Origin: an uncultured cyanobacterium
GTDB taxonomy: Bacteria > Cyanobacteriota > Cyanobacteriia > Cyanobacteriales > Cyanobacteriaceae
Reading direction: 5' to 3'
NCBI GenBank assembly: GCA_963710605.1
Contig: CAVQBA010000006.1
Span: 192,001 to 256,000 of the forward strand
DNA: 64,000 bases
Shown: positions 32,540 to 43,941 of the stretch, piece by piece
How positions within the stretch are numbered: position 1 is the stretch's first letter
Layout: the number at the start of each line of letters is the position of its first letter
Program-made: the position numbers and the translations under genes
Notes under the pieces: model-generated
What the model was told of the DNA's origin: nothing
Databases searched by the model: none
Seen by the model: only the letters and a program-made list of their open reading frames with translations

Positions 32540-33163
32540 TTAAAAACCACGTATTTTAGGTTTAAGTTCTTTTTCTAAGTTATAAAAAACTCTTACTTTT
32601 TGGGCTGAGCCTCCTCTTTTGAGAGGTTTACCAGTTTCTGGTTCGCTACGAAGGGCTATTATTTCTTGCAATACTCGATCTGGCTCGTCATCTGACTGAA
32701 GAGTAAATAATAAATCTTCTTCTTCACATTGAGTATATTTTTGCTCGACACCACAAATAATATTAGTATTTGAATGACCGAGCCATCTGGCAACATCATT
32801 AGTAATAAAATTAATCCCGTTACGATCGTGTATAGATTGAAATCGCTCGGAAACTGTTTCACATCGCTTTTGAGGAGACCATTTTTCGCCAAAATATTGG
32901 TTATCCCCATCCCAATAAATTAGAGTTAAAGGATTATCTAGCAAATCGTTATTTACGACAGTAGCAAGTACTTGTTCACCATCTTTTTGAGTATCAACAC
33001 AGTAAAACTCTACGTTTGTAACCTCATCTTCTTTAGGTTTGGAGGTATTTTCTTTGTTTTGAGTTGTAGAATCAGCTTTAGTTTTTCCCGTACAACCAGA
33101 GGTCAAAAGCAATAAAATTGCCAAAACAGAAATAACAGACGAATAACGGATGCTCTTCATCAT
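32540..33163 (-). CDS. COP23-domain lipoprotein
   Basis: Lipobox LTSGC; FYC...WSPQKRCETVSERFQ...IICGV...LLFTL. Confidence 0.75.
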   Translation of the reverse strand: MMKSIRYSSVISVLAILLLLTSGCTGKTKADSTTQNKENTSKPKEDEVTNVEFYCVDTQKDGEQVLATVVNNDLLDNPLTLIYWDGDNQYFGEKWSPQKRCETVSERFQSIHDRNGINFITNDVARWLGHSNTNIICGVEQKYTQCEEEDLLFTLQSDDEPDRVLQEIIALRSEPETGKPLKRGGSAQKVRVFYNLEKELKPKIRGF

Positions 33164-33625
33164 GATTGAAAAATTATTTATGATCTAACTCAATTTACAA
33201 TAACATGATTTTTGATGTTCGTATTTTAATGATTATTTGTTAAAAAAAAAGTAAGTAACTTTACGTGAATAAAGTTAAGTTTTTAATAAACTATTTAAAG
33301 TTTTTTCTCTTTAAATTACAAAACTTTTTCTATTTACTTATACGATCATTTATACTATTTTAAATAATTAAAACTACACTTATAGCTAGTCAGCACCCAA
33401 AAAAGCGGTGCATCTGCATATTTTTTACCTTCGCTAACTGAGATAGAGAGATTGAGGGTATTTATCTATATCTTTATTTTTAGAACTTGCTATTAGATTT
33501 AGTTATTACAAGTCTTGTAACCCTAACACCTAATATTTAGAATCTATAAACATTTATAAATTTATATTAAATATTACTAAATTCTATTTTTGTAAATATT
33601 TACAAGGTCAATCGATTAAACCTTA

Positions 33626-34780
33626 TTGTGTAAACTTCAATTATTATTAATTATTAATCAATTAGTTATGTTCTTTCAAATATCTATCGATCCAAAAAAA
33701 AGAGTTAAAACTCTCACTAAAATTGTTATCGGTTATTTTTGCTTATCCTTGACTACTAGTGTGACACTTGCTCAAGAAAATACCAGCACACTTAGAGTCG
33801 CTACCAAAAACTTTCCGCCTTTTGCCTTTGAACAAAACGGACAATATGTCGGCTTTAGTATTGATTTATGGAACGAAATTGCCCAAGAATTAGATGCCAA
33901 CTCGCAAATATACGGAGAGGCAACTGTACCCGCATTATTAGAGTCAGTAAGTAATGGAGAAACAGATATTGGTATCGCAGGAATAACTATTAATCAAGAA
34001 AGAGAAAAGATAATTGATTTTTCGCACTCTTTTTATGAGTCAGGATTACAAATCATGGTTTCCACCAGCAATTTATCCCCTTGGCAAACTTTTTTTGCTT
34101 TTGTTTTTTCTCCTGTTTTATGGAGTGCGATCGTATTTTTGATAGTCGTAATCACCATCGCCGCCCATATTATTTGGTATTTTGAAAGAAAAGCTAACCC
34201 GCAAATGTTTCCGCAAACATATTTAGCCGGTGTCGGTGAGGCTTTGTGGTGGGCGGTAGTAACTGTGGTAACAGTGGGTTATGGAGATAAAACTCCTAAA
34301 GGTATTATCGGTAGAATAGTCGCCACAATTTGGATGTTTACGGGTATTTTATTAATCTCTTATTTCACCGCTTCAGTAACATCTGCTTTAACTGTGCAAA
34401 AATTAGATCAAAATATTACCACCATTCAAGACTTACACAATCAATCGATCGGTACTGTTAAAAATACTACTGCCTCAGACTTTTTAGCAACTACACCTGC
34501 TTATGTAATTGATTTTGATACCATTGAAGATGCTTATCTAGCTTTGACTGAAGGTACGATAAAAGCGATCGTTTATGATGCACCTGCACTACGTTACTAC
34601 GTCCAAGGAGAAGGTAGAGGTAAGGTTAAAGTCGTGGGTACAGTTTTTGCCCAACAAAGTTATGGTATTGCTTTACAAACAAATAGCCCTTATCGAGAAT
34701 CCATTAATCAAGCAATTCTTAAACTTAAAGAAGATGGCACTTATGGACAAATTTATCAAAAATGGTTTGGTAAAGACTAA
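33626..34780 (+). CDS. GluR0-like ligand-gated K+ channel (split amino-acid binding domain + pore)
   Basis: PPFAF...GFSIDLW S1 segment, TVVTVGYGD selectivity filter, YGIALQ S2 segment; start may be ATG at 33668. Confidence 0.88.
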   Translation: MCKLQLLLIINQLVMFFQISIDPKKRVKTLTKIVIGYFCLSLTTSVTLAQENTSTLRVATKNFPPFAFEQNGQYVGFSIDLWNEIAQELDANSQIYGEATVPALLESVSNGETDIGIAGITINQEREKIIDFSHSFYESGLQIMVSTSNLSPWQTFFAFVFSPVLWSAIVFLIVVITIAAHIIWYFERKANPQMFPQTYLAGVGEALWWAVVTVVTVGYGDKTPKGIIGRIVATIWMFTGILLISYFTASVTSALTVQKLDQNITTIQDLHNQSIGTVKNTTASDFLATTPAYVIDFDTIEDAYLALTEGTIKAIVYDAPALRYYVQGEGRGKVKVVGTVFAQQSYGIALQTNSPYRESINQAILKLKEDGTYGQIYQKWFGKD

Positions 34781-34904
34781 TTAATAGCTATAAGCTATAA
34801 GCTATAAGCTATAAGCTAAGGCACGAAATTCACTTTTTATTCTCAATTCTCAATTCTACATTCTCCATTCTTTTACCTACTCCTTACTCCTTACTCATTA
34901 CTCA

Positions 34905-35876
34905 TTATTTAATGCGGTGAATAACATAATTAGTTAATTCAGCCAAAGAATCAGTAGCAGGTGAAGATGACAGACATTCAATGTCTTGTAATGCTAATTG
35001 ACTGTGAGTAAATGCTAATTCTCTTGCCCTTTCAATCCCATTACTTTCATGTACTAAAGTCAATGCTTTTTCTAAATCGCCATCTTCATTAAATTCTCTT
35101 TCAATCAATGTAGTTAAAATTGGTTTTTCTTCCATAGCATACAATACAGGAATAGTTAAGTTTCCACTAGCTAAATCTGAACCTGCGGGTTTACCTAATA
35201 CTTCAGTAGAAGACGTAAAATCGATAATATCATCAACAATTTGAAAGGCTAAACCTAAGTTACGTCCATAACTATAAACTTTATCTGCTATTTTTGGAGT
35301 TTGACCACTTAATACCGCTGCGGCTTTAGCACTGTTGGCAATTAAAGAAGCAGTTTTAAAATAACTTTTTTGTAAATATGCGTCCAAAGTTACCTCTGTA
35401 TCAAAACAACTCAATCCTTGTTGAATTTCTCCCTCAGCAAAATCTCTAATCACCTCGGATAGTAATTTGACTACTTCTAAGTTATCTAAATTAGCTAAAT
35501 ACCAAGAAGATTGAGCAAAAAGAAAATCTCCTGCTAATACTGCTATACGATTACCAAAAAGTGAGTTGACTGTTTCGACTTGTCTTCTTAATTCTGCTTC
35601 ATCAACGACATCATCATGGACTAAACTTGCAGTATGAATCATCTCCGTGATTTCTGCTAAACGTCTGTGTTTAGGGCTTAAATCCTCTGTTTTCATTGTC
35701 GCACGAGATACCAGTAATACGATCGCAGGTCGAATTCTTTTACCACCAGCAGAGAACAGATGTTCTGCGGCAGCTCCCAAAATTGGATGTTGGGCTTCAA
35801 CAAGGCTAGTTAGATTATCAATTAATACGGATAAATCTTTTTCTACAGGGGCAAATATCGAGGTTGCAGTCGTCAT
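34905..35876 (-). CDS. sds: Solanesyl diphosphate synthase
   Basis: GGKRIRP, LVHDDVVD and FQIVDDIID prenyltransferase motifs. Confidence 0.9.
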   Translation of the reverse strand: MTTATSIFAPVEKDLSVLIDNLTSLVEAQHPILGAAAEHLFSAGGKRIRPAIVLLVSRATMKTEDLSPKHRRLAEITEMIHTASLVHDDVVDEAELRRQVETVNSLFGNRIAVLAGDFLFAQSSWYLANLDNLEVVKLLSEVIRDFAEGEIQQGLSCFDTEVTLDAYLQKSYFKTASLIANSAKAAAVLSGQTPKIADKVYSYGRNLGLAFQIVDDIIDFTSSTEVLGKPAGSDLASGNLTIPVLYAMEEKPILTTLIEREFNEDGDLEKALTLVHESNGIERARELAFTHSQLALQDIECLSSSPATDSLAELTNYVIHRIK

Positions 35877-36674
35877 TGATGAATAGCTTTTATAAATAAT
35901 ATTTAACGAAAGTTTACATATCTTATTGCTATTTTAAGCTATGGTTTAACAACTCGACCAAAAATCAAGAAATATTTTAGTTTTTCCGATTTTCATGAGT
36001 CTTTATACTCATTACTAGGACTAGTTTAGAGCTAATTTAAAAAAAAGTAAACTTTTTTTAATTATTGCAAAAGATATGTTATATTAAAAGTAAGAAAAGT
36101 CAATCTTAAAAAAATCTATAATTCATTAGAGATTATAGTTTCTATAGAGCATTCTGTTCTAAATCTAAACAAGTAAGAAACTTAATCTAATCACTTTATC
36201 TAGTGTGACCAATTTTCGAGATTACACAACACACTATTTTATTATTTAGTGATTTTGTAGTCAGAAAAAATATTCATTTGGTTACTGTTATAAGAATAAG
36301 TTTTAATTGACAATAGCAAAAATATTGTTTGTTGAAGATTTAATCAGTAGCTTTATAAATAACAAGTGATCAACAAAATTTGGGTAATTAAATTTTAATT
36401 ACTGAAAACAAATAAGGTGAGTAATCACCATAACTAGATTAATTTAAGTTGCCAGATAAGACTAGTGAGAAAATACTTTGATGTTAATATCCAAAGTAGT
36501 ATTTCGGATATACTTATATTTACAATCTAGTTATCTTTAAATGGTTGGTAACTAAAGTAATTAATTAGTTCTCAATAATTATTAGTTAATTCTATGATGT
36601 GAAGCAATTTGTAAATAGCTTTACTAAAAGAGTTATAGTTTGACTTTTTTTAAAATTATTTTTAGGAGAACTTC

Positions 36675-36770
36675 ATGTTGATACCGGTACTGGCTTCGTT
36701 GTACGCATTAACTATCTATTTACTTTTAGGCACAATGGCTAAAAGTCTTAATAAAAAAGAGCTTAGTTAA
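36675..36770 (+). CDS. Putative 31-aa single-TM small protein (not in ORF track)
   Basis: AGGAG 6 nt before ATG; MLIPVLASLYALTIYLLLGTMAKSLNKKELS*. Confidence 0.55.
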   Translation: MLIPVLASLYALTIYLLLGTMAKSLNKKELS

Positions 36771-37034
36771 AAGTTAAAAGTGCTTGCGACTCACTTAATT
36801 GAGTATAAATAAAAAATATTTTCAGAGTTTTTAACTCAATTAGTTTTTGCATAGATGATCAAAATTTGTCTATTACGAAAACCAATAGTAATAATTCCAA
36901 TACAATTAAACAATTAGTCATCAAACAAGTATATCTTGATCTATATAAATCTTGAGCACTTGCTTAATGGCTAATCTTTTTTGTCTGATTATAAAAAGAT
37001 CAATGATCGATCGAACTGTAGATACAATCTAATC

Positions 37035-38381
37035 TTAATCCGATAAATTTTGTTCAATAAAATTGGTGTAAATATTACCGGCGAGAAATTCAGGATGATT
37101 AAGAATACGTCGATGAAAATCAATGGTAGTACAAACACCTGTTATGGCACATTCTCTTAATGCACGTTTCATTCTTTTAATGGCTGTATCTCTATTTTCG
37201 CCCCAGACAATCAATTTACCAATCAATGAATCGTAATACGGCGGAATCTCATAATCTGGATAGACAAAAGAATCCATTCTCACACCCGGACCACCAGGTG
37301 GTAAATAAGCGATAATTTTACCCGGATTAGGACGAAAATCATGTTTTGGATCTTCCGCATTAATACGACATTCGATCGCATGACCTTTTAATTGTACTTC
37401 GCTTTGAGTAAAAGATAGTTTTTCGCCTTGTGCGATCGCAATTTGTTCTTTAATTAAATCCAAACCTGTAATCATCTCCGTCACAGGATGTTCAACTTGA
37501 ATACGAGTATTCATTTCCATAAAATAAAAATTATTATATTTATCTAATAAAAACTCAACTGTACCCGCACCCTTATAATTGATAGATTTAGCCGCTTTTA
37601 CTGCCGCCGCCCCCATTTTTTGGCGTAACTCATCACTAATAACGATCGAAGGTGCTTCTTCCAACAACTTTTGATGACGACGTTGAATTGAGCAATCTCT
37701 TTCTCCTAAGTGAACTACATTACCATAACTATCAGCTAAAATTTGAAACTCAATATGACGGGGTAATTCAATACATTTTTCGATATAAATACCGCCATTA
37801 CCAAAAGCCGCTTCCGCTTCACCTTGAGCGGCGGCTAATAAACGAGGTAATTCTGAGGCATTAGGGACGAAACGCATTCCTCTACCACCACCCCCTGCTG
37901 TAGCTTTTACAATGACAGGATAACCTATTTCTGCGGCTATTTTACTAGCTTCTTCTACTCCGCTGACTAAACCTTTACTTCCGGGGATGGTTGGTACACC
38001 TGCTTTTTGCATCGTTTTTTTTGCTGTTGCTTTATCACCCATGGAGATAATCGATTCGGGTGCAGGACCAATAAAACTCAGATTATGATCAGCACATATC
38101 TGTGCAAAACGAGCATTTTCAGCTAAAAACCCATAGCCAGGATGAATTGCTTCAGCACCTCTGGTTAATGCCGCCGCAATAATGTTGGGTATATTTAGAT
38201 AACTTTTATTACTAGGAGGAGGGCCGATACAAACACTTTCATCAGCGAGTTTAACATGTAAAGCATTACGATCGATCGTAGAGTGAACCGCAACTGTAGC
38301 TATACCCATCTCTTCACAACTATGAATAATCCGTAAAGCAATTTCACCTCGGTTCGCAATTAAGATTTTGGCAAACGGCAT
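37035..38381 (-). CDS. accC: Acetyl-CoA carboxylase biotin carboxylase
   Basis: [38 protein letters not shown]. Confidence 0.98.
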   Translation of the reverse strand: MPFAKILIANRGEIALRIIHSCEEMGIATVAVHSTIDRNALHVKLADESVCIGPPPSNKSYLNIPNIIAAALTRGAEAIHPGYGFLAENARFAQICADHNLSFIGPAPESIISMGDKATAKKTMQKAGVPTIPGSKGLVSGVEEASKIAAEIGYPVIVKATAGGGGRGMRFVPNASELPRLLAAAQGEAEAAFGNGGIYIEKCIELPRHIEFQILADSYGNVVHLGERDCSIQRRHQKLLEEAPSIVISDELRQKMGAAAVKAAKSINYKGAGTVEFLLDKYNNFYFMEMNTRIQVEHPVTEMITGLDLIKEQIAIAQGEKLSFTQSEVQLKGHAIECRINAEDPKHDFRPNPGKIIAYLPPGGPGVRMDSFVYPDYEIPPYYDSLIGKLIVWGENRDTAIKRMKRALRECAITGVCTTIDFHRRILNHPEFLAGNIYTNFIEQNLSD

Positions 38382-38455
38382 TGTTGATCCTTAAACATAT
38401 ATCATCAGTATCATATTTTGTTTTGGTACTTCTGGCAATTTATTGCTCAGTAATT

Positions 38456-39751
38456 TTATTCTGGTATTGCCCATACTCTAATTGATGTATCAGTGCTGTA
38501 GCTAGCGATAAATTCTCTGTCGCTACTCATTGCTATATAGCCTATTGGTGCTGTATGCCCTTTTAATTTTACTAATTCTCGATTGTTAACTAAATCCCAA
38601 ACTACAATATCATAACCGTCATTACAATAAATAAAAATTCTACCATCAGCGGTTAACAAAGTAGGAGAAAAAAAAGGAAAAGACTTAATAATTTTATCGC
38701 TTTGTAATTCCCAAACACAAACGTTATCTTCTCTGATGCCACCTGCGATAATTTTTCCTTCTGGATTGATGGCTAATGAATGTACAGCAAGTAGAGGAAG
38801 ATTATCTATTTCTTGGATTAATGTACCTGTTTCTATTTCCCATAGTTGAATAACAATATGACAAGGACGTACATAAATATTAACGTAACAAACTACAACA
38901 AATTTACTGTCAGGAGTAAAAATAAAGCGAGAAGATTGATTTAAAGAAAACTCAAAGGGATTTTTTTTAACTCTTGTCTCTATATTTGAATTAAATGGAA
39001 AGGAGAGTTTATCAAATTTATAATTAAAGTATAAAGAATTAGTTTCTAGATTCCAAACATAAAATTCTCCTTCATGACCATTACACGCACTAGTCATAAT
39101 AATAGGTTTATAAGGACAAATTACTATCGAACTAAAACAATATTTATTCGTAGGTGTTGCCAGAGAATGATACTTTTGTGTTTCTATCTTTACACTTATA
39201 AGTCTCTCTTGATAGTTATAGACGCAAAGTTTTCCCTTTTCTATCAAACCTAAATCATGAGCTGAATTAACAGAGAAACTTGTTTTTAAATTAGATGTTT
39301 TTAAACACCAAGAATTAAGAAAAGAATAGTTATAATTTATATCCCAATAACAAACTAAACTCTTGTCGTACTCAGCAATACCGATAAAAAAAGGATGATA
39401 TATTGTGCCAAAATCATGTTGTTTTCTCTCATCTTTTTTCCAGCTAAAAAAATTATCGTAACTACCAAGACTGTAATCGTCAATCAAATGAATACATTGC
39501 ATTTGTGAGAAAGGCAAATGATTGTATATAATAGCATTTTTGGTAGTCTCATTATCAATCTCGGTTAATAAAATAAAAGCTGATTCTCTTACTTCCCTAA
39601 CCGAATTATTTAACATCAAAGCGACAAGTTTTATCCCTTCGTCTCCACAATCGACAGCATCAAGAAGAGCATCTATTTTCTCTTCGATTAAATTACTTTT
39701 CAAACGCTCTGTAATATTATCAATAGCTTGTTTATTTTCTTCAGAAGTCAT
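38456..39751 (-). CDS. WD40-repeat protein with N-terminal HEAT-like helices
   Basis: LKGHTAPI...IRVW and other W(D/E/N)-ending repeats. Confidence 0.75.
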   Translation of the reverse strand: MTSEENKQAIDNITERLKSNLIEEKIDALLDAVDCGDEGIKLVALMLNNSVREVRESAFILLTEIDNETTKNAIIYNHLPFSQMQCIHLIDDYSLGSYDNFFSWKKDERKQHDFGTIYHPFFIGIAEYDKSLVCYWDINYNYSFLNSWCLKTSNLKTSFSVNSAHDLGLIEKGKLCVYNYQERLISVKIETQKYHSLATPTNKYCFSSIVICPYKPIIMTSACNGHEGEFYVWNLETNSLYFNYKFDKLSFPFNSNIETRVKKNPFEFSLNQSSRFIFTPDSKFVVVCYVNIYVRPCHIVIQLWEIETGTLIQEIDNLPLLAVHSLAINPEGKIIAGGIREDNVCVWELQSDKIIKSFPFFSPTLLTADGRIFIYCNDGYDIVVWDLVNNRELVKLKGHTAPIGYIAMSSDREFIASYSTDTSIRVWAIPE

Positions 39752-39847
39752 TATTGATTGATGAGAATAAGTACAAACGTTTATTGGTGAAAAAACTTAA
39801 ATGTAGGGGGCAAGGTTTATGCCCTTTTTATATTTCCTTCCAAAATG

Positions 39848-39880
39848 AAAAACTGCCCTTCGTATATAAAAGAGCAGTTT
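39848..39880 (-). terminator. Probable intrinsic terminator after psbJ
   Basis: Minus strand AAACTGCTCTT-loop-AAGGGCAGTTTTT. Confidence 0.55.
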
Positions 39881-39963
39881 ATTTAATTAGTTATTTTAAA
39901 TAATTTTTGTTTCAATTAAGCTATTCAATTGAAAACATTGAATTAATTGTGTTTAAACTAAAC

Positions 39964-40080
39964 TTACATTGAAGAACCGATACCAGCGTAAGCACCATAG
40001 AAAAATAGTGCAACTACGCCCAAAGCACCCATTCCAGCGATCGTACCAACGATCCATAAAGGAATTTTAGCATTACCCAT
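39964..40080 (-). CDS. psbJ: Photosystem II protein J
   Basis: Manual translation [38 protein letters not shown]. Confidence 0.96.
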   Translation of the reverse strand: MGNAKIPLWIVGTIAGMGALGVVALFFYGAYAGIGSSM

Positions 40081-40112
40081 AACGAAACCTCCTAAATTAA
40101 TTAATGAATTTT

Positions 40113-40232
40113 TTAGTTGAAGAAGTAACTAGAGAATAAAACACCTAGTACTGCTACCCCCAATAAGCCTAAATACAAGGAAGTACGGTTTAATTCTACA
40201 GCTTGTCTATTAGGATTTGTTTTTCTTTCCAT
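40113..40232 (-). CDS. psbL: Photosystem II protein L
   Basis: Manual translation [39 protein letters not shown]. Confidence 0.97.
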   Translation of the reverse strand: MERKTNPNRQAVELNRTSLYLGLLGVAVLGVLFSSYFFN

Positions 40233-40252
40233 GATTACTCCTATTTATAATT

Positions 40253-40390
40253 TTATCTTTGAATAAATTGCATTGCGGTGATGGCACCGACAAAAAACAC
40301 ACTAGGCACTGCTAAAGTGTGTACTGCTAACCATCTTACTGTAAAAATGGGGTAAGATACTGGTTGTTCAGGACTATTACTACTTGTCAT
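40253..40390 (-). CDS. psbF: Cytochrome b559 beta subunit
   Basis: Manual translation ...[35 protein letters not shown]. Confidence 0.98.
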   Translation of the reverse strand: MTSSNSPEQPVSYPIFTVRWLAVHTLAVPSVFFVGAITAMQFIQR

Positions 40391-40429
40391 ATTTTTTACT
40401 ACTTGATTAATCTAATTAAATTATCTGAA

Positions 40430-40675
40430 TTATTTATTAAATTCTTCGATTTGTTTTGTTGCTTCGTATCTATCGCTGACGATCGGTAATTCATCACGGG
40501 TTTGAGTAAAATACTGATCAGGGCGAGGAGTACCAAAAACATCATAAGCTAAACCAGTTTGGATAAATAACCAACCTGCAATAAATAACATCGGAATTGT
40601 AATGCTATGAATAATCCAATAACGGACACTTGTCACAATATCGGTAAACGGACGTTCGCCTGTATCTCCAGCCAT
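40430..40675 (-). CDS. psbE: Cytochrome b559 alpha subunit
   Basis: [24 protein letters not shown]. Confidence 0.98.
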   Translation of the reverse strand: MAGDTGERPFTDIVTSVRYWIIHSITIPMLFIAGWLFIQTGLAYDVFGTPRPDQYFTQTRDELPIVSDRYEATKQIEEFNK

Positions 40676-40801
40676 AATTAAAATATGCTCCTAAAGTTTT
40701 TTCTACCTAAATCTAATTTACAACATTAATGGCTTAACTAATCGATTATATAAGCCTATTTTATGAATAAAAGGTATTAAATATCAATACCTCGAAATAA
40801 T

Positions 40802-41800
40802 TTAAACGTTCTGAGTATTATATTTTAACAGAACACCACGCTCTCCTAAAATAAAACCTTTATTTTGCTCAACAAAAACAATTTTATAAAGATTAGAAGG
40901 CACAGAAGTTATCTCTTCATCTTTTAACCAAGAATCTCCGCCATCAGGGCTAAGTAATAAATTACCACTACCACCTGACAACCAAATGTTTTCACCATCA
41001 GGTGTGGCTAAATCGAGAAAACCCCAACTAGTAGAATATTCGGGTGTAATTGGTTCATCCCAATCTTCAAAGTCTTCTGAATTACTAAATTGAACTTGAC
41101 CACCTCTGGCAATTAACCATAAAGTTTCGTCATCAAAAAAGCCCATGTTTTGTAAACGACGAGAAGAAGTACGTTGATGAGGCACCCATTCTGTAGCACC
41201 TGGTTGCCATGTAGAATAAAAGTTTCCTCTAGCACTAACAGCGACGTATTTACCATCGGTAGAGCGATTAACGCTACGAGCAACACCGACTGCACCTTCT
41301 ACTAGTGCTTTCCATGTTTTGGCGTTATCGGTTGTTTTATAAATAGCACCTAAATTAGTAACCATTTCTGCGGTATTATCACCTAAAGCAATTACTCCGT
41401 AAGGAATACCGGGAAGTTGATCACTTAAAAGTACTCTTTCCCAGTTGTTACCACCATCTTTGGTATGTAAAAGTATTGTCGGTGCGCCAGTTATCCAACC
41501 TTCATCGCCAAAAAAGCTAACTGCGGTAAAGTTAACTCTTTCTTCTCCTAACTCAATAAATCTCTCTGCCCATGTGTTACCACCATCGTTAGTTTCAAAC
41601 AATGCTGACTTGGTACCGACTAACCAACCATGATTGGCATCACTGGTAAAGGCAATATCAGCAAAAATTGCTTCTGTATTTAAATTGATGGTTGTCCAAG
41701 GATTTTCACTCAGTGAAGGTAAATAAGAACAACTAATACAGAAAAAAGTAAGTACTACAAATACTAAAAGTGATTTTAGTCGATTCAATAATAAATTCAT
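40802..41800 (-). CDS. ycf48: Photosystem II assembly factor Ycf48/Hcf136
   Basis: Beta-propeller T.DGG..W repeats, VSARGNFY, SSRRLQNMGF; upstream of psbEFLJ. Confidence 0.95.
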   Translation of the reverse strand: MNLLLNRLKSLLVFVVLTFFCISCSYLPSLSENPWTTINLNTEAIFADIAFTSDANHGWLVGTKSALFETNDGGNTWAERFIELGEERVNFTAVSFFGDEGWITGAPTILLHTKDGGNNWERVLLSDQLPGIPYGVIALGDNTAEMVTNLGAIYKTTDNAKTWKALVEGAVGVARSVNRSTDGKYVAVSARGNFYSTWQPGATEWVPHQRTSSRRLQNMGFFDDETLWLIARGGQVQFSNSEDFEDWDEPITPEYSTSWGFLDLATPDGENIWLSGGSGNLLLSPDGGDSWLKDEEITSVPSNLYKIVFVEQNKGFILGERGVLLKYNTQNV

Positions 41801-41846
41801 TTTTATTTCGGAAAAAAGTTCATAATGGATTAATCTATTTGTTTAC

Positions 41847-42221
41847 TTAGTTCAATCCATATAGACTAAGAAAAAATAATGCACCTAAGGCTAAAGCACC
41901 AAAAATCAACAGATTTTTTTGTCCTGGTGTCATACGATTAACACCAAAACCGTAATTCAAATTCTCGGCAAATCCCGATGGTGCGTCGGTTGCCCCAATA
42001 TTTTTGAATAGAGTTTGATTCGCCCCACAAACTGGACAACGCCATTTTTTAGGTAAATCGGCAAATAATGTTCCCGGTGGAATATTTGTATTCGTGTCTC
42101 CTTTTGAAGGGACGTAAGTATATCCGCAAGAGCGACATTCAAAACTAGCTGGTGCTTGTTCTGCTAATGTTTTTTCTTGACTCGCTTGACTAACTTGTTT
42201 TTGTTGATTGTCTTCAGTCAT
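41847..42221 (-). CDS. rubA: Membrane-anchored rubredoxin
   Basis: CRSCGY...WRCPVCG, C-terminal TM helix; conserved position before ycf48. Confidence 0.95.
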   Translation of the reverse strand: MTEDNQQKQVSQASQEKTLAEQAPASFECRSCGYTYVPSKGDTNTNIPPGTLFADLPKKWRCPVCGANQTLFKNIGATDAPSGFAENLNYGFGVNRMTPGQKNLLIFGALALGALFFLSLYGLN

Positions 42222-42739
42222 GATTACAATTGTCCAACCAAACCTTAAAAGTTTTTTAAGAATTATTACGTTAACAAACGATCGTCTATTAAACTTTCGA
42301 TCGTTTTTTAAGTCAGGAAAATAATTGCTTTAAGACAAACATTTTAAAGCGTTTGTTAGCTATAATATTTCCGAACTTGTTTACGGTATCGCCTTAGTAT
42401 ATCTTAAATTAGCTACTTTAGTCGAGATGGTTTGCTTACTAGTTTATTTATCACAGAAAACTTTTAATTAGTTAATGATGACTGTTTTAGCTACGAACGT
42501 AATTAAGTCAACTTTTTACCTTGATTTGTTAAGTTATACGTCAAGTTTTTCATAAACTAGTTGATTCTGAGTCAAAAAAACTTTTTTTAGATTAACGAAC
42601 ATTTTGATAAGCTCTTGCTTTTTTGGTAATAATAAGCAATCTTTATCTTTGAGAGATATTGTTTAAAGAAAAAAAACTTTCAATCGGTAGTTTTCGTACT
42701 AAAATTCAGCAAACGCTAAAAAGATTAGGTGAGATAGAT

Positions 42740-43798
42740 ATGGGTAATTCAGAAAAAACAACTGTTGGAATTGTTGGTGCTTCAGGTTACGGTGGTGTAC
42801 AGTTAGTTAGATTATTAGTTGAGCATCCTCAAGTCGAAATTGTTTATTTAGGAGGTGATAGTAGTGCCGGTAAACAATATGGTGAATTATATCCTCATCT
42901 ACGTCATCGGATAACTACTAAAATTGAAAAAGTGGATTTAGAAACGATCGCTTCTCGTTGTGATGTCGTCTTTTTAGGATTACCTAACGGATTAGCTTGT
43001 GATATAGCACCTCAATTACTAGCAAATGGCTGTAAAGTATTAGATTTGTCCGCTGACTATCGTTTTAAAGATTTAGATACTTACACTCAATGGTACAAAA
43101 CAGATAGAAAAGATATAGAAACTTCTGCTCATGCAGTTTATGGCTTACCAGAATTATACCGAGAAAAAATTAAAAATAGCCGTTTAATCGGTTGCCCTGG
43201 TTGTTATCCTACAGCTAGTTTGTTAGCACTCGCTCCTTTATTAAAACAAGGTTTAATTGATCCTAATAGCATTATTATTGATGCCAAATCAGGAACTTCA
43301 GGCGGTGGCAGGCAAGGTAAAATAAATTTGTTATTAGCTGAAGCTGATAACTCTTTAGGTGCTTATGGTATCGCCAAACATAGACATACCCCAGAGATAG
43401 AACAAATCTGCTCTGATTTAGCTCGTGATGAAGTGAAGGTACAATTTACTCCTCACTTGATACCGATGCCTAGAGGAATATTATCTACTGTCTATGGTAC
43501 TTTAACTGATCCGGGTTTGGTCACAGAAGATTTATTAACTGTTTATACAGCTTTTTATCGTAATTCTAAATTTGTTAATGTTTTAGAAAGAGGTATTTAT
43601 CCGCAAACTAAATGGGCTTGTGGTACGAATGTTGGTTATCTAGGTTTAGAAGTTGATTCACGTACAGGAAGAGTTATTGTTGTCAGTGCGATCGATAATT
43701 TGATTAAAGGACAAGCAGGACAAGCTGTTCAATGTTTAAATATTATGATGGGATGGGCTGAAGAAACTGGTTTACCTACTTTAGGTTTTTATCCTTAA
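42740..43798 (+). CDS. argC: N-acetyl-gamma-glutamyl-phosphate reductase (start at MGNSEK)
   Basis: [41 protein letters not shown] ribosome site before 42740. Confidence 0.96.
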   Translation: MGNSEKTTVGIVGASGYGGVQLVRLLVEHPQVEIVYLGGDSSAGKQYGELYPHLRHRITTKIEKVDLETIASRCDVVFLGLPNGLACDIAPQLLANGCKVLDLSADYRFKDLDTYTQWYKTDRKDIETSAHAVYGLPELYREKIKNSRLIGCPGCYPTASLLALAPLLKQGLIDPNSIIIDAKSGTSGGGRQGKINLLLAEADNSLGAYGIAKHRHTPEIEQICSDLARDEVKVQFTPHLIPMPRGILSTVYGTLTDPGLVTEDLLTVYTAFYRNSKFVNVLERGIYPQTKWACGTNVGYLGLEVDSRTGRVIVVSAIDNLIKGQAGQAVQCLNIMMGWAEETGLPTLGFYP

Positions 43799-43941
43799 AG
43801 ATCAACAATTGATAGTAAATAGTAGGTAGTTAGGTAAAATTAATTAATCTGTCAGAAATTATTGACGATCTTTGAATTGATACACTTTACTATTAATAAA
43901 CTATTTACTATTTACTCAGTCATAGTTATTAAAAAACTTAT

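Noticed and set aside
42659-42739. N-terminal extension of argC
   Set aside because: ArgC similarity starts after ATG 42740, which has its own ribosome-binding site
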